A stretch of 54,231 nucleotides of DNA from a virus (lineage: Duplodnaviria; Caudoviricetes). Below, piece after piece: positions 24,935-35,260 of the stretch; positions within the stretch are counted from its first letter, which is position 1; each line of letters starts with the position of its first letter. Where the stretch lies: IMG/VR virus record IMGVR_UViG_3300010389_000019, positions 1-54,231 of that record; one strand, written 5' to 3'. The translations under genes and the position numbers were made by a program. The notes under the pieces were generated by a model that was not told the DNA's origin, ran no database searches, and saw only the letters and a list, made by a program, of their open reading frames with translations.

Positions 24935-27900
24935 GCTAGGGCAATTGCTCTCATAGTCTTGATCTTTGGAACGTATGCCTGATTTGTCGATGTCATTACA
25001 ATCTTGATTCTAAAGTATTTAAACTCCGCAAGATCGTTTGCAGTAAACTCATAATTTGAGTAACTATCTGAGTCAGATACTGACTGAAGTACATAGTTCT
25101 TATCAACTAGGACATCTGAAGTTCCATTGTTGTCTTCTGGATTGATGACTTGTCCATTCTGATCAAGATTTGCATATCCAGGGAATGGTGTAAAGATTGG
25201 ATCCGCAACATCCTCATTTGAGATTGAGTAGAATACTCTCAAGTCAGAGTAGTTGTTGACATGTGCATTTAGGTAAACCTTAACAGCACTTGCTGGATTT
25301 TTCAGACTAATTGACTTAGTTACATACTGACAATCTGATGGATCCTCAAACATACTATCAACTCTTGGATCAGTTGCATAATTTGTAATTACGCTGTTAA
25401 TGCGATTAGAGGTTGTAATCATATTAACTCTTGTCGTATCGATAACTGGTGAGAGTCTTGAGTTATCTGTTGACATGTTCATCAACAGGGTTAGAGACTT
25501 GTTACCTGGTAGAGTTGTGAGGATGTTCTTTTCATTAATCTTAGATGCGATGATTCTAGGATCATTGAGATAATTTGTTGCATTGAGTACAACAGGTTCA
25601 AATCCTTTATCGACAAATGATACCTCATTACCACTAATACTAGTTCCACTCACAGTTCTGATGGATGCATCAAGAGATGTTTGATTTGGAACAAAGAGGT
25701 TGACATTAGGTGTAATCGCCTCATATGGGATGTTCTGAGTTGCGATTACGCTGTTACCACCTTCACTCTTCGTCTCATTGAAGTAAAGTGGGATGTAAGT
25801 GCTTTGTGCTGCACTTCTATCAACACCAACGGATGTATCAGACATGTCAACGGTAATATCGTAAGAATTGAGTCCAATAGAACCAGAAGTAAGATTGTGA
25901 GTTCTATTGATTCTTCTAAGGGATACCCCATTCAACTCGTACTTGTAAATCACATCTCCTATAGAGATTTCTTTAGATAGAGTTCCATCAATTCCTCTTG
26001 TAATATTAACAAGTTGACTGTTTGCAACACCTTCATATCTGATTATCTCCTCATTGATAGTGATATATCCTGGATTTGCGGATGATACTGATACACCTTC
26101 AAAGTTCTCATAAACTGTAACATCATCAAGTGTGATTGGACCATCATAAGTTTTAGTGTATCCAGTTGTTGCCTTTGATGGAGTTACATCTGAAAGTACT
26201 CCATTGAGAGTTACAAAGTTTGTTGGAGAATGCATACCATGGTTCTTATGCTCAACTGTAAATGTGAGTCCATTAGTTACCGTTTCGATTGCTTCACTGA
26301 TATAAACACCAGTTGTTCCAGCCACTCCAGTGATTGAAGTAACAACACCAACATCATTGTAAACAAACATTGTATTTGCAATACCAAGAGCAAAATTACC
26401 TTGGACATTATCAAGAATCAACTCATTAGAATCTCCAACTCCTTGGATAGATGCCTTAAATCCACTTCCAAGACCTTGACCTCCGAGTGGTGCTGTTACA
26501 ACGTCTCCAGTTGCATAACCATATCCACCATTAACCAAACTAATACCAGCAACTATTCCGTTTTGTACGGTAATATTTGCAGTTGCATTTTTGCCAGTTC
26601 CAGTTACATTTTGGAGAGCAACATTGTTGTATTGTAAAGTAGATTGTGATGGAGTGTATCCAACACCAGCAGTAGTAACTACAAGACCTGTTGCAATACC
26701 AACTGCTGAGATGTAATTACCAGATGCACCAGTTGTTGGTTGAATAATTGTATTTCCTGGTACTAAATTAGTTCCACTTCCGATTGCAGACGAGAGTCCA
26801 ACTCTAATGTGTCTGGACTTGGTTGTTACTGGATTTTGTACCAATACTGGAATCTGACCGTTACCTCTTTCCAGGTTTGGATTAAAGAATGAAATATCTC
26901 CAGTAGAAACAAAGTCTGCTCTATAGAGCGTAAACTTCATATCATCAAACACACTTGGTTCCCAAGCACCAGCATTCTGAGACTTATACAGAGCACCGAT
27001 GGTTGGTTTTGTTGATACCAAGACCTGAGATGATGTTGCAGCAGTCTGAGTCTTGATATCTACCTCACCAAGTCTTGATGTCCAAATCTTATACTCATTT
27101 GAGTTTGAGAGTAGGACAATTGCATATTTTTTACCACCCTCTAAGTATACTGGGGAATCAAAAATAAAACTTGTTGCAGATGACGCATCTGCTGATATAT
27201 TTACTGCCTCACTATCAAGTGTGACCTCAGAGAATGGGAGGATGATATCCGATGGAGTATCGTACTCAGTGCTTCTAATTTGACAGGTTACAGGCAGTTG
27301 CTGATCCTTGGACTGGAAGAAGATGTCCAATCTTGTGAGATATACACCAGATGTGTCGTCAACAGTGAAAGTCTGAGCAAGTGGGTCAAGATACTTTCCA
27401 ATAAATGTTGAGATGTCAGAGTCGTTGAAGAGTGACTTATCAACCTTCTTAGCATGTTTGATTGATGCAATGTCATCATATACGGACTGGATTGTGCCAA
27501 CAGATGAGTAGAGTTCTTCAGATACGCTGGTAATTACCTGAGTTGAAGAGCTGTTTAGATCACTATTGGTTAGTTTAAATACCTTTTCACCTGCGGTAAA
27601 CTTAGGATTAATATCAACACTTGCATCTGGGATATAGAATGATCCAGCAATCGCACCAGTCTCATCCGTGACTAGTCTTACATCTTGAATAATTGCTTCG
27701 GCACCACTGCTCTCGCCATATAGTTTCATTCCTTTGTTGATGAAACCGTAGTACTCACCTTGAGGTTCATTTGCAAGAGAGAATGTATCTACGTTAACAA
27801 TAGTTGATGTAGATGAATAGTTTGTTGGGATATTTAGTGTTGTGTCATATGGATTTTGCTCATATGTAGTGGTTGGATCCAAATATGGTCCAGTTTTGTG

Positions 27901-30900
27901 GTTTGGAGCAGCTGCTCTAAAACTGATATATGGATTTGCATCCGTTGGTGATACACTGTAATCAACACTTGGGAAGTATCCTTTGATTGTCTCTCCAACA
28001 AGGAAAGATCCATCAGTCATTGCAACTTCAATCAATTTTGGTACTACAAATTGATTGACATCAACGCCATCAAAGAAGGCATACATCTGACTGTTTGGTT
28101 TGAGTCTCTTAGATACAAACTCTACATTTCTAGATCTGATGTATGGTATGATGTCACCTGCGCCCAATTCTGCAGTTTCTACCGAGATTGCGGATGCCTC
28201 TTTATCTGATGTGATAGACTTGACTTCATCACCACTCTTCTCCAAACCAATCCAATCTTTGGTTCCAGATACTGTGGTATCAGATCCGTAGAATGTTGGA
28301 TAGACTGAGTTTGATTCTGAGGCGTCAAGAACACCTGAGTTTTGTGTCCACAGGGTATTCCAAGAATTCCAAACAGTTGGTAAGAATCCAATTTGTGAAT
28401 CGTATTGCTCTACCTTAGCAACTGTCTTAATTGCTGAAGTATAATCGCCAGCAACTTGTAAGTTCTCTGGTTCAACGTTGACTTCATCAATCCAAACATC
28501 TGACGATGGTCTGAGGTCAATGGTTCCCTCCCAGAAGTTGACCAAATAAGGAGTCAGTTTTTCTGTTCTGGTAGCAAATGTCTGAGATAACCACTCTTCA
28601 GTAGTATAATCGAGAGTAATAACGTCTCCAGTCTTTCTGATGTTTGAACCCTTAAGGTCAGTGGCGTAATTTAAATCTGCATAAGGATCAGAAGACTGTC
28701 CAAGTCCAATAACTGAACTTGAACCCAGGACCATATCAACTGCAGTTGTATAGTGAGATGGTCTAATCTCCCCATTATTTGGATCGATAGAGTTCTTGAT
28801 TCCGTTTCTCAGATCTTGATTAATGCTGTTTTTGAAACTATCAACAATAAATCCAGACTTAAACTTGTTAACTCCATTATTGTCTGGAATTACAAGGTTT
28901 GAAGTCTCAGACTCAAGTGCTGTCAGTTTTGTAAACTTCTCAAGAGTCTTAACTCTCTTCTCAAGAGATGAGATATCACTCATAGTGAATCTCTTATATT
29001 TCTTCTGCTTAACAGAAGCATTTTCAACAGTGTAGAGGTATGGTGGCAAGAAGATTTCTGCTACCTCGATTGAATCGTCAATTGCAGCAGGAGGTGCAGG
29101 TTGTTCTGCTGGTGTTCCACTTACAACTTTAAATATGCCATTCTTATTGACATATACTCTGTCAATTCTTGGCAGATAGAAACTGTAGTCAAGTAAGATT
29201 GACTCGTCTGGTGCAAGAACATTCTTAGCACTATTTCCATCTTGAGTAAAACTTCTTCCAGCAAACTCAAACGGGGAAGTCGAACCCTCAGTCAGTGCAT
29301 ACGTTGAAACTCTTGGACGGATATCAATCATATCCGTGTTTCTTAGTTCCTTATAATATGGAATATCTTTTGAGTAGTCAAATGCACTATAAGAGTTGAC
29401 CGTTGTGATATCACCAGTGTCATTTACATCATAATAACCATACTGGAAGTAAACTTTAATCTTTCTCTTGGGCGCATCTTTACCAACAACACGTCTGATT
29501 CTTCCATAGTCATAATATGTGTCTCTCTGACCATTATCTAATTGATATGAATCGGTAATGTCCTTACCACCAGAGGTAAGATCTGCAACAATTGCCTCAA
29601 TTCCAGACTCTTCAAATCTTACTTTTTCACCAACTGTAAATGATTTCTTGTTGGCACGAATATACTCTACAGTGGTGTCATTTCTTCTTTCAACATATGT
29701 TGCCCTCGCATTACTGACAGTTCCAATGATTGTCTCACCTAAGATAAGATCTAACGTTGTCGCATTGGGTCCTGTAAGCGCCGAGAGCACCAGTCTAGGA
29801 GCACTAGGGTCAGTTGTATCGTATGACTCAAATACACCCTGTAGAGAGATGATATCAGGGACATTCAGAGATATCTCTTCGTCTTGAACACGAGTACCAT
29901 ATGGATAGTTTCCATATGCTAACCCATCATTTAAAGTTGTGGTTCCAATACCAGCAGATGACTCAGTTGATTTTGCAACGATGATGCTGCTTGCTCTCTT
30001 ATTTTCTTTTTGCTTCGATACAACATTGATTTTTCTCAGTGTTGTAACAAGACGAGCGGAACCATTTTTGCTGATATTGTTGATTGTTAGACGAGTATCG
30101 CCTGCACCAAAGGCAAACATATCTCTGGTCAATGGTTCAATGCTACCATCAGCAAATGTCAGAGAATATCTTTCCTCATCATATGGTAAGAAGGTCTCGT
30201 CGGTTCCAGCAGAAATTGTGTTTGTTGAGTTGTTGGTTACAGTGACATTATATTGCTTTCTGATTGTCAAGTTTGATGCAGACAGATTAACCTCTGAGAT
30301 GTTTCTTCTTGGCATCGCAGTAAACAGGGTATTATCCGCAGATACTGTTGCCTTTGTAGAGATGAGATCTAAGTTTGGAACAGTAATTGTTGAGCTTGGT
30401 AGGTTACCGTTGCAGATTCCAGTAACAGTTGCAACTGGAGCAACTGTGAGAACAGTAAATCCACCCTGAGTATTAATGGTTCTAATCTCAGCATATGATG
30501 GCAAGTAGACAACATTTGAATCTTTAATATCAAATGCTTCAGTAGAGTATGAGATAAACTCAACAACGTCTCCTGCTTCAAGTGCGGTCTCAAAGGAAAC
30601 TGTTTTTCCATCAACTGCAGTATAAAGTGTTGAATCAAACAGAATACCGTTTACATAGACATCTACAAATCCAATTGTGTAAACAACACTAAAGTTTTGT
30701 TGTCCAGAAATTGCAGTGAATTTGCTGCCAGTAAAGTATCCAGGTTCAAAAATAGTGGTTTCTACAAGGTCATTTGCAAACAACTCGTAGTTAATTTCAA
30801 ATGAGGTTCCACCTTCGATAATGGTGTAATCATTCTTATTATACTTTACACCATCTACAAACAATTGTAGAACTTTATTTGATGTCTCATATATGACATT

Positions 30901-33639
30901 TGTTTGATTCTCATTAAGAGAAGTTGTAAACCCAACTTGTCTTTTGGTCGTATTATATCTGACAATCTCAACTCTATCTCCATTTAATGCTCCTACTGGA
31001 ATGTAAATTGAAGATGAACCAGACCCAATATACTCAGTGTTTTCTCTAAGTCTTATACCATTATAAAATACGTCGGTATATCCACTAACAAATGGACCAG
31101 TAAATCCAGTCTGTAAACCAACTGCGGTAACTGTGTTGATACCAACAATAGTTCCTGCTGAGTTTTCAACAACCTCAATGGTATCTCCAACATTTGTTGG
31201 ATTGGTTAACGTAATATTTCCACTAGACGTTGCTGAGTATTCAACGTCTTTTAGGAGTTTGACACCATTAAGATAAACCTCTTCGTTTCCTGGAGTATAT
31301 GCAACAGAGATTACACTTTGAGGAACAGTGGTTGTAATCGTTGTCAGTCCAATTTTAGAACCAAGATTGTATGGAGCAATTACAAGTTGCACTCCATCTT
31401 CAATTGTTGGACTGTTTAGATTGATAAACTCATTTCCAGAATATACTGAGAATTGATCCGTATCAAGTTTAATACCATTAACAAACAGTTGAGTATTTGA
31501 TACTTGAGCAGATGTAATAGATGTTGTAGTTGAGAATGGAATAACAGTTTGTCCATCATAAGCAAGAACTTCTTGTCTATCTTGGATTCCTCCAATAAAA
31601 GCATTTACCTCAACCTCATCACCCTCATTTGCACCAACATTAAGTAAAATGCCAGTTGAACCTGTAGAGACGTATTCGGATTGTGCCAGATTAATACCAT
31701 TTACATATACGTCTTCGGCACCAGGAACATGATCAACTAAAAATGCTCTCTGCCCCTTTGCAACTGATGATGTCGAGATACCCTTAGTTGATGAGGTCTC
31801 AAGAATAAAGTTGTTAGAATTGTAATAAGATACAATATTGCCAGGTTTTAGTAAGTTGGCAAAAGTTAAATTTGGAAGAGTAACTGTGCTAGTATTTTTT
31901 GAAACATCTCTAAGAGACACAGTTGCCTCACCCAGAGACAACTTGGGCGATTGAGTTGTGTCAGCATTAAATGTTCCCGCTGTGCCAACAAATCCATAGA
32001 TAGATTTTACGTCCTCAAGACCATGTGCGGTGATGGCAAGAGCAATTCTTCCATCATCTTTACCATTGATGACAAAACTTTCTCCATTAGAAAAAGTTCC
32101 TTTGGTATCATAAAGTTTGACTGCCTTACTGTTGGTAACAGTATCCTTAACAAAACCAGTCGCGCCACTAGACTTACCTTTTACAAAGGTTGATTGTGAC
32201 AAATTAATTGGTTGACTCAGAGTAATATTTGTATATGTCTGAATATCATACAGAGAGATATCCCATTCATTTGCAGCCAAATTGGTTGCATTATATGAAC
32301 CGCTTTCTAATGCAAAGTCATAAACTCTTGCAAGACCAACTTCTTGTCCAGCAGCAGTTTTATCATTTGCTTTTCTTGAGTTTCTTAAACTTACTGTATA
32401 TGATGTATTAATTCCTAAAACTGGAGTGCCAGCAACATTATTCAAAGATACTGATGGTCCAGTCAGATAATTTAATCCCTGACCAGTATACTCTTTTGTG
32501 CTTCTTGGTTTTTCAACGTCTAAAAACGTAGGTGCTTTGGTCTCAACTCTATAACCACGGATATATGCTAAACCAGGAGATAATCTGTAAAGAGCAAGAT
32601 TATCAGAAGGAGTATTACCTTGATATGTAAGTTGATTTGCTTTAAATACTCCATTATTTCCCTCCTCGTCATTTAACGAGTTCAGGGTGTTAAGTTTGAA
32701 TGGTCTTACATAATAATCACCAGACTCTTCATAAGTTCTGGTAGCAAGAGCATCTGCAATTAAATTATATTGTGCATTGTTTGGTGAAGTTCTTACAACG
32801 CCGTTTTGTATTGTTGATATCTCAACAAAGTTTTCATCTTCAAAGTCTGTTAGAGATTTTTTGCTGAGAACTGCAGTAATTTTAAATCTATCTGCACCTG
32901 GAGCAGTGTAGTTATTATATCCCTGTGAATTATCGTAGAGTGAAGGGTCTACATCTGCTGTAATGGTTTCTTCAACAACCTCAAAACCAATTCTATAACT
33001 TGGAGTGTTTGAATATTGGTCAAGAATTATTGTTTGAGTGTCTACATTGACAAAAGTTCCTCTTAAGAAGTAGACACCATCTTCAACAGTGAATGATGAA
33101 CCTGTTGAAGTTGCATTATCGCTAATAGTGGTTGCAAATGTCTCATTTTCAATAAAGATGACATTTGATGTACGAATTCCAGACTCAGTAAGTAAGTTCT
33201 CACCATTATTGAATGCTTGAGAAGCATTATTTGTGTTTGATGAGATGTAACTTACATATAGGGTTGTATTATTTCTGTCAGATTCTGATGGCAGAATAAC
33301 CTTTTCAACTCTTGCTCTAACTCCAGATTGCTCACCACGAATTGTCTGTCCTACCAGGAAACTAACATAGGAAGACAGTGTAATTCCAGCAAAAGAGTTT
33401 TCCAACTCAACTGCAAAAAATTGGCTATTATAAGTTGTCTGACCAGGAATGACCTTCGCGCCCTCTTTAAAGACGTGATTGCCAAATTGCTCAACTTGAT
33501 TTTGTAGGATTGACTGTAAAGTAGTCAGTTCACGAGCTTGAACTGGATACCCTGGTTTAAACAGTACCTTGTAATAATTTTTATTAGGATCAAAGTCGTC
33601 AAAGTAGGGAGCGACATTGAGATTAGTTTCCTGTGGCAT
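24931..33639 (-). CDS. Large virion structural protein, VrlC/DUF4815-like (2902 aa)
   Basis: MPQETNLNVAPYFDDFD, LFKPGYPVQARELT.LQS.LQNQ, APGADRFKI, RTYEESGDY, FKSGFIVDSF and DPLAQTF; follows g8 as in cyanomyoviruses. Confidence 0.88.
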   Translation of the reverse strand: MPQETNLNVAPYFDDFDPNKNYYKVLFKPGYPVQARELTTLQSILQNQVEQFGNHVFKEGAKVIPGQTTYNSQFFAVELENSFAGITLSSYVSFLVGQTIRGEQSGVRARVEKVILPSESDRNNTTLYVSYISSNTNNASQAFNNGENLLTESGIRTSNVIFIENETFATTISDNATSTGSSFTVEDGVYFLRGTFVNVDTQTIILDQYSNTPSYRIGFEVVEETITADVDPSLYDNSQGYNNYTAPGADRFKITAVLSKKSLTDFEDENFVEISTIQNGVVRTSPNNAQYNLIADALATRTYEESGDYYVRPFKLNTLNSLNDEEGNNGVFKANQLTYQGNTPSDNLALYRLSPGLAYIRGYRVETKAPTFLDVEKPRSTKEYTGQGLNYLTGPSVSLNNVAGTPVLGINTSYTVSLRNSRKANDKTAAGQEVGLARVYDFALESGSYNATNLAANEWDISLYDIQTYTNITLSQPINLSQSTFVKGKSSGATGFVKDTVTNSKAVKLYDTKGTFSNGESFVINGKDDGRIALAITAHGLEDVKSIYGFVGTAGTFNADTTQSPKLSLGEATVSLRDVSKNTSTVTLPNLTFANLLKPGNIVSYYNSNNFILETSSTKGISTSSVAKGQRAFLVDHVPGAEDVYVNGINLAQSEYVSTGSTGILLNVGANEGDEVEVNAFIGGIQDRQEVLAYDGQTVIPFSTTTSITSAQVSNTQLFVNGIKLDTDQFSVYSGNEFINLNSPTIEDGVQLVIAPYNLGSKIGLTTITTTVPQSVISVAYTPGNEEVYLNGVKLLKDVEYSATSSGNITLTNPTNVGDTIEVVENSAGTIVGINTVTAVGLQTGFTGPFVSGYTDVFYNGIRLRENTEYIGSGSSSIYIPVGALNGDRVEIVRYNTTKRQVGFTTSLNENQTNVIYETSNKVLQLFVDGVKYNKNDYTIIEGGTSFEINYELFANDLVETTIFEPGYFTGSKFTAISGQQNFSVVYTIGFVDVYVNGILFDSTLYTAVDGKTVSFETALEAGDVVEFISYSTEAFDIKDSNVVYLPSYAEIRTINTQGGFTVLTVAPVATVTGICNGNLPSSTITVPNLDLISTKATVSADNTLFTAMPRRNISEVNLSASNLTIRKQYNVTVTNNSTNTISAGTDETFLPYDEERYSLTFADGSIEPLTRDMFAFGAGDTRLTINNISKNGSARLVTTLRKINVVSKQKENKRASSIIVAKSTESSAGIGTTTLNDGLAYGNYPYGTRVQDEEISLNVPDIISLQGVFESYDTTDPSAPRLVLSALTGPNATTLDLILGETIIGTVSNARATYVERRNDTTVEYIRANKKSFTVGEKVRFEESGIEAIVADLTSGGKDITDSYQLDNGQRDTYYDYGRIRRVVGKDAPKRKIKVYFQYGYYDVNDTGDITTVNSYSAFDYSKDIPYYKELRNTDMIDIRPRVSTYALTEGSTSPFEFAGRSFTQDGNSAKNVLAPDESILLDYSFYLPRIDRVYVNKNGIFKVVSGTPAEQPAPPAAIDDSIEVAEIFLPPYLYTVENASVKQKKYKRFTMSDISSLEKRVKTLEKFTKLTALESETSNLVIPDNNGVNKFKSGFIVDSFKNSINQDLRNGIKNSIDPNNGEIRPSHYTTAVDMVLGSSSVIGLGQSSDPYADLNYATDLKGSNIRKTGDVITLDYTTEEWLSQTFATRTEKLTPYLVNFWEGTIDLRPSSDVWIDEVNVEPENLQVAGDYTSAIKTVAKVEQYDSQIGFLPTVWNSWNTLWTQNSGVLDASESNSVYPTFYGSDTTVSGTKDWIGLEKSGDEVKSITSDKEASAISVETAELGAGDIIPYIRSRNVEFVSKRLKPNSQMYAFFDGVDVNQFVVPKLIEVAMTDGSFLVGETIKGYFPSVDYSVSPTDANPYISFRAAAPNHKTGPYLDPTTTYEQNPYDTTLNIPTNYSSTSTIVNVDTFSLANEPQGEYYGFINKGMKLYGESSGAEAIIQDVRLVTDETGAIAGSFYIPDASVDINPKFTAGEKVFKLTNSDLNSSSTQVITSVSEELYSSVGTIQSVYDDIASIKHAKKVDKSLFNDSDISTFIGKYLDPLAQTFTVDDTSGVYLTRLDIFFQSKDQQLPVTCQIRSTEYDTPSDIILPFSEVTLDSEAVNISADASSATSFIFDSPVYLEGGKKYAIVLLSNSNEYKIWTSRLGEVDIKTQTAATSSQVLVSTKPTIGALYKSQNAGAWEPSVFDDMKFTLYRADFVSTGDISFFNPNLERGNGQIPVLVQNPVTTKSRHIRVGLSSAIGSGTNLVPGNTIIQPTTGASGNYISAVGIATGLVVTTAGVGYTPSQSTLQYNNVALQNVTGTGKNATANITVQNGIVAGISLVNGGYGYATGDVVTAPLGGQGLGSGFKASIQGVGDSNELILDNVQGNFALGIANTMFVYNDVGVVTSITGVAGTTGVYISEAIETVTNGLTFTVEHKNHGMHSPTNFVTLNGVLSDVTPSKATTGYTKTYDGPITLDDVTVYENFEGVSVSSANPGYITINEEIIRYEGVANSQLVNITRGIDGTLSKEISIGDVIYKYELNGVSLRRINRTHNLTSGSIGLNSYDITVDMSDTSVGVDRSAAQSTYIPLYFNETKSEGGNSVIATQNIPYEAITPNVNLFVPNQTSLDASIRTVSGTSISGNEVSFVDKGFEPVVLNATNYLNDPRIIASKINEKNILTTLPGNKSLTLLMNMSTDNSRLSPVIDTTRVNMITTSNRINSVITNYATDPRVDSMFEDPSDCQYVTKSISLKNPASAVKVYLNAHVNNYSDLRVFYSISNEDVADPIFTPFPGYANLDQNGQVINPEDNNGTSDVLVDKNYVLQSVSDSDSYSNYEFTANDLAEFKYFRIKIVMTSTNQAYVPKIKTMRAIALA

Positions 33640-33648
33640 CTGTCTTTA

Positions 33649-35205
33649 CTAGAATTGCAAAATAACCTTGATATCTTCTTTTTGGTTAGTCGATCTTGTA
33701 ATAGATGGTCTATTATCGACGTAAATTATGTTTCCAGAATATTTCTCAACCTCAGGTTGTGCCACACCATTCACGAAAGACTGACCAAGATTGTAAGTCC
33801 TATTATTTATTACCGTAGTAATACCCGAAAACCCTGTGTCAATACGCAATCCTGTACTCACTTCGTCGTTGTAAATGAGAGTTGAACCGCCAACTCCAAC
33901 AGTGCCAAAGGCGTTCAATTGGAATCCATAATCTGGACTGGTGTTTTGAGTACCATCGGTATTAAAACCTGCCATACTCTTGTCTTGCCAATACTTAAGA
34001 ACACCAGTTACATTGTCATAAGACACGACACGACCAACAGCAGTTGACGCAACACCAACTGTTTGAGTAACAAAAGAGTCTGCAGTTGGGGCAAAGGTTG
34101 TTGATGCTGACCCAGTAAGTCTGAGAGCATAAACACCGCTTGCTTTATCTAGGTTCAAATTGGATGATGAGTCATATGCTTTGGGATTCTCAACAATACC
34201 AACTCTTGCAATTTCATTTCCAGTGATAAAGTCTGGATTTTCTAAGTCGTTCTCAATTCTAGAATAAATTAGAACGTTCTTAGCACCCAACTCACGATAA
34301 ATGTCGGCACCATGACCACCTTGGGGTGGAATGATGACATCAAATGTTGGAGATGTAGATCCAGTTGGAACACTGCCTCCAACAAGATCTATGGTGCCAT
34401 ATGTGTATCCATTACCACCTTTTGAAATATTGATTGACTCAACTTTGGAGTCATTACCGATGATAATAGTTGCTTCAGCACCTCTTCCATTTCCTTTGAT
34501 GGGAACTCTTGTGTAAGTTCTATTTGCAGTACCAAGACCAACTCCCCTGTTGGTAACTGTGACGATTTTTAACTGTCCACTGGTAGCAGCATTCTCTCTT
34601 ACTGCAGCATTGTCTGTGCTTGTATTCCAATCTGATGGAACTGGAATAAATTCAACTGAATCAAACTTTACAATATCTGCAGGGTTGATTGTATAGAGAT
34701 ATTTCCAAACATATCCATCACCACTGGTTCCTGCCGCTCTTGGTTCTAAGTCGGTAAAGTCTGGTTGATCTAGGGATGGTCTTCCAGATGTATTTTCAGG
34801 ATCAGTGCCGTTCTGTAAGCAAATATAAACTTTATAGTTGCTATTCATTACATAATAATTTGCATCATACAAATGTGTTGCATTTGATGGCAATGACAGA
34901 TTATCTCTAGAGATATCATGTCTGTACATATCATAGGTCGTGCCAGATGTCCAATCAATCTTCCTCACAACTCTTCTTACGTCATTAGACGTAATTTTTT
35001 TGAGAGAAATGATTGTATCCCAGATATCATCTTCATTCTGAAAACTATCCTTTGGGGCAGGAGGACTAGTATTCCAAGTAGAACTAATTTCAGTAGCGTT
35101 TGGTAGACCAATGAAGGAATAGTAAGCATTTGCCGTAGATCCTACGGCAGTGACAAAGTTCTTTGCACTTAATATTCTAAATTGATCAGTTATAATTGCT
35201 GACAT
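33649..35205 (-). CDS. g8: Baseplate wedge subunit (T4 gp8-like)
   Basis: MSAIITDQFR, YKVYICLQNG, DGYVWKYLYTI, PPQGGHGAD and terminal YSG..IYVDNR....R...QKEDIK..LQF. Confidence 0.92.
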   Translation of the reverse strand: MSAIITDQFRILSAKNFVTAVGSTANAYYSFIGLPNATEISSTWNTSPPAPKDSFQNEDDIWDTIISLKKITSNDVRRVVRKIDWTSGTTYDMYRHDISRDNLSLPSNATHLYDANYYVMNSNYKVYICLQNGTDPENTSGRPSLDQPDFTDLEPRAAGTSGDGYVWKYLYTINPADIVKFDSVEFIPVPSDWNTSTDNAAVRENAATSGQLKIVTVTNRGVGLGTANRTYTRVPIKGNGRGAEATIIIGNDSKVESINISKGGNGYTYGTIDLVGGSVPTGSTSPTFDVIIPPQGGHGADIYRELGAKNVLIYSRIENDLENPDFITGNEIARVGIVENPKAYDSSSNLNLDKASGVYALRLTGSASTTFAPTADSFVTQTVGVASTAVGRVVSYDNVTGVLKYWQDKSMAGFNTDGTQNTSPDYGFQLNAFGTVGVGGSTLIYNDEVSTGLRIDTGFSGITTVINNRTYNLGQSFVNGVAQPEVEKYSGNIIYVDNRPSITRSTNQKEDIKVILQF

Positions 35206-35223
35206 TTTACACAGGTTTTTCTT

Positions 35224-35231
35224 TATTTATT
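35224..35231 (-). promoter_or_regulatory. T4-like late promoter (AATAAATA)
   Basis: NATAAATA 19 nt upstream of g8. A second TAAATA overlaps the g7 stop at about 35258-35264. Confidence 0.65.
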
Positions 35232-35260
35232 ACTCAAGATGGAAATGATTTTTCATTTAT

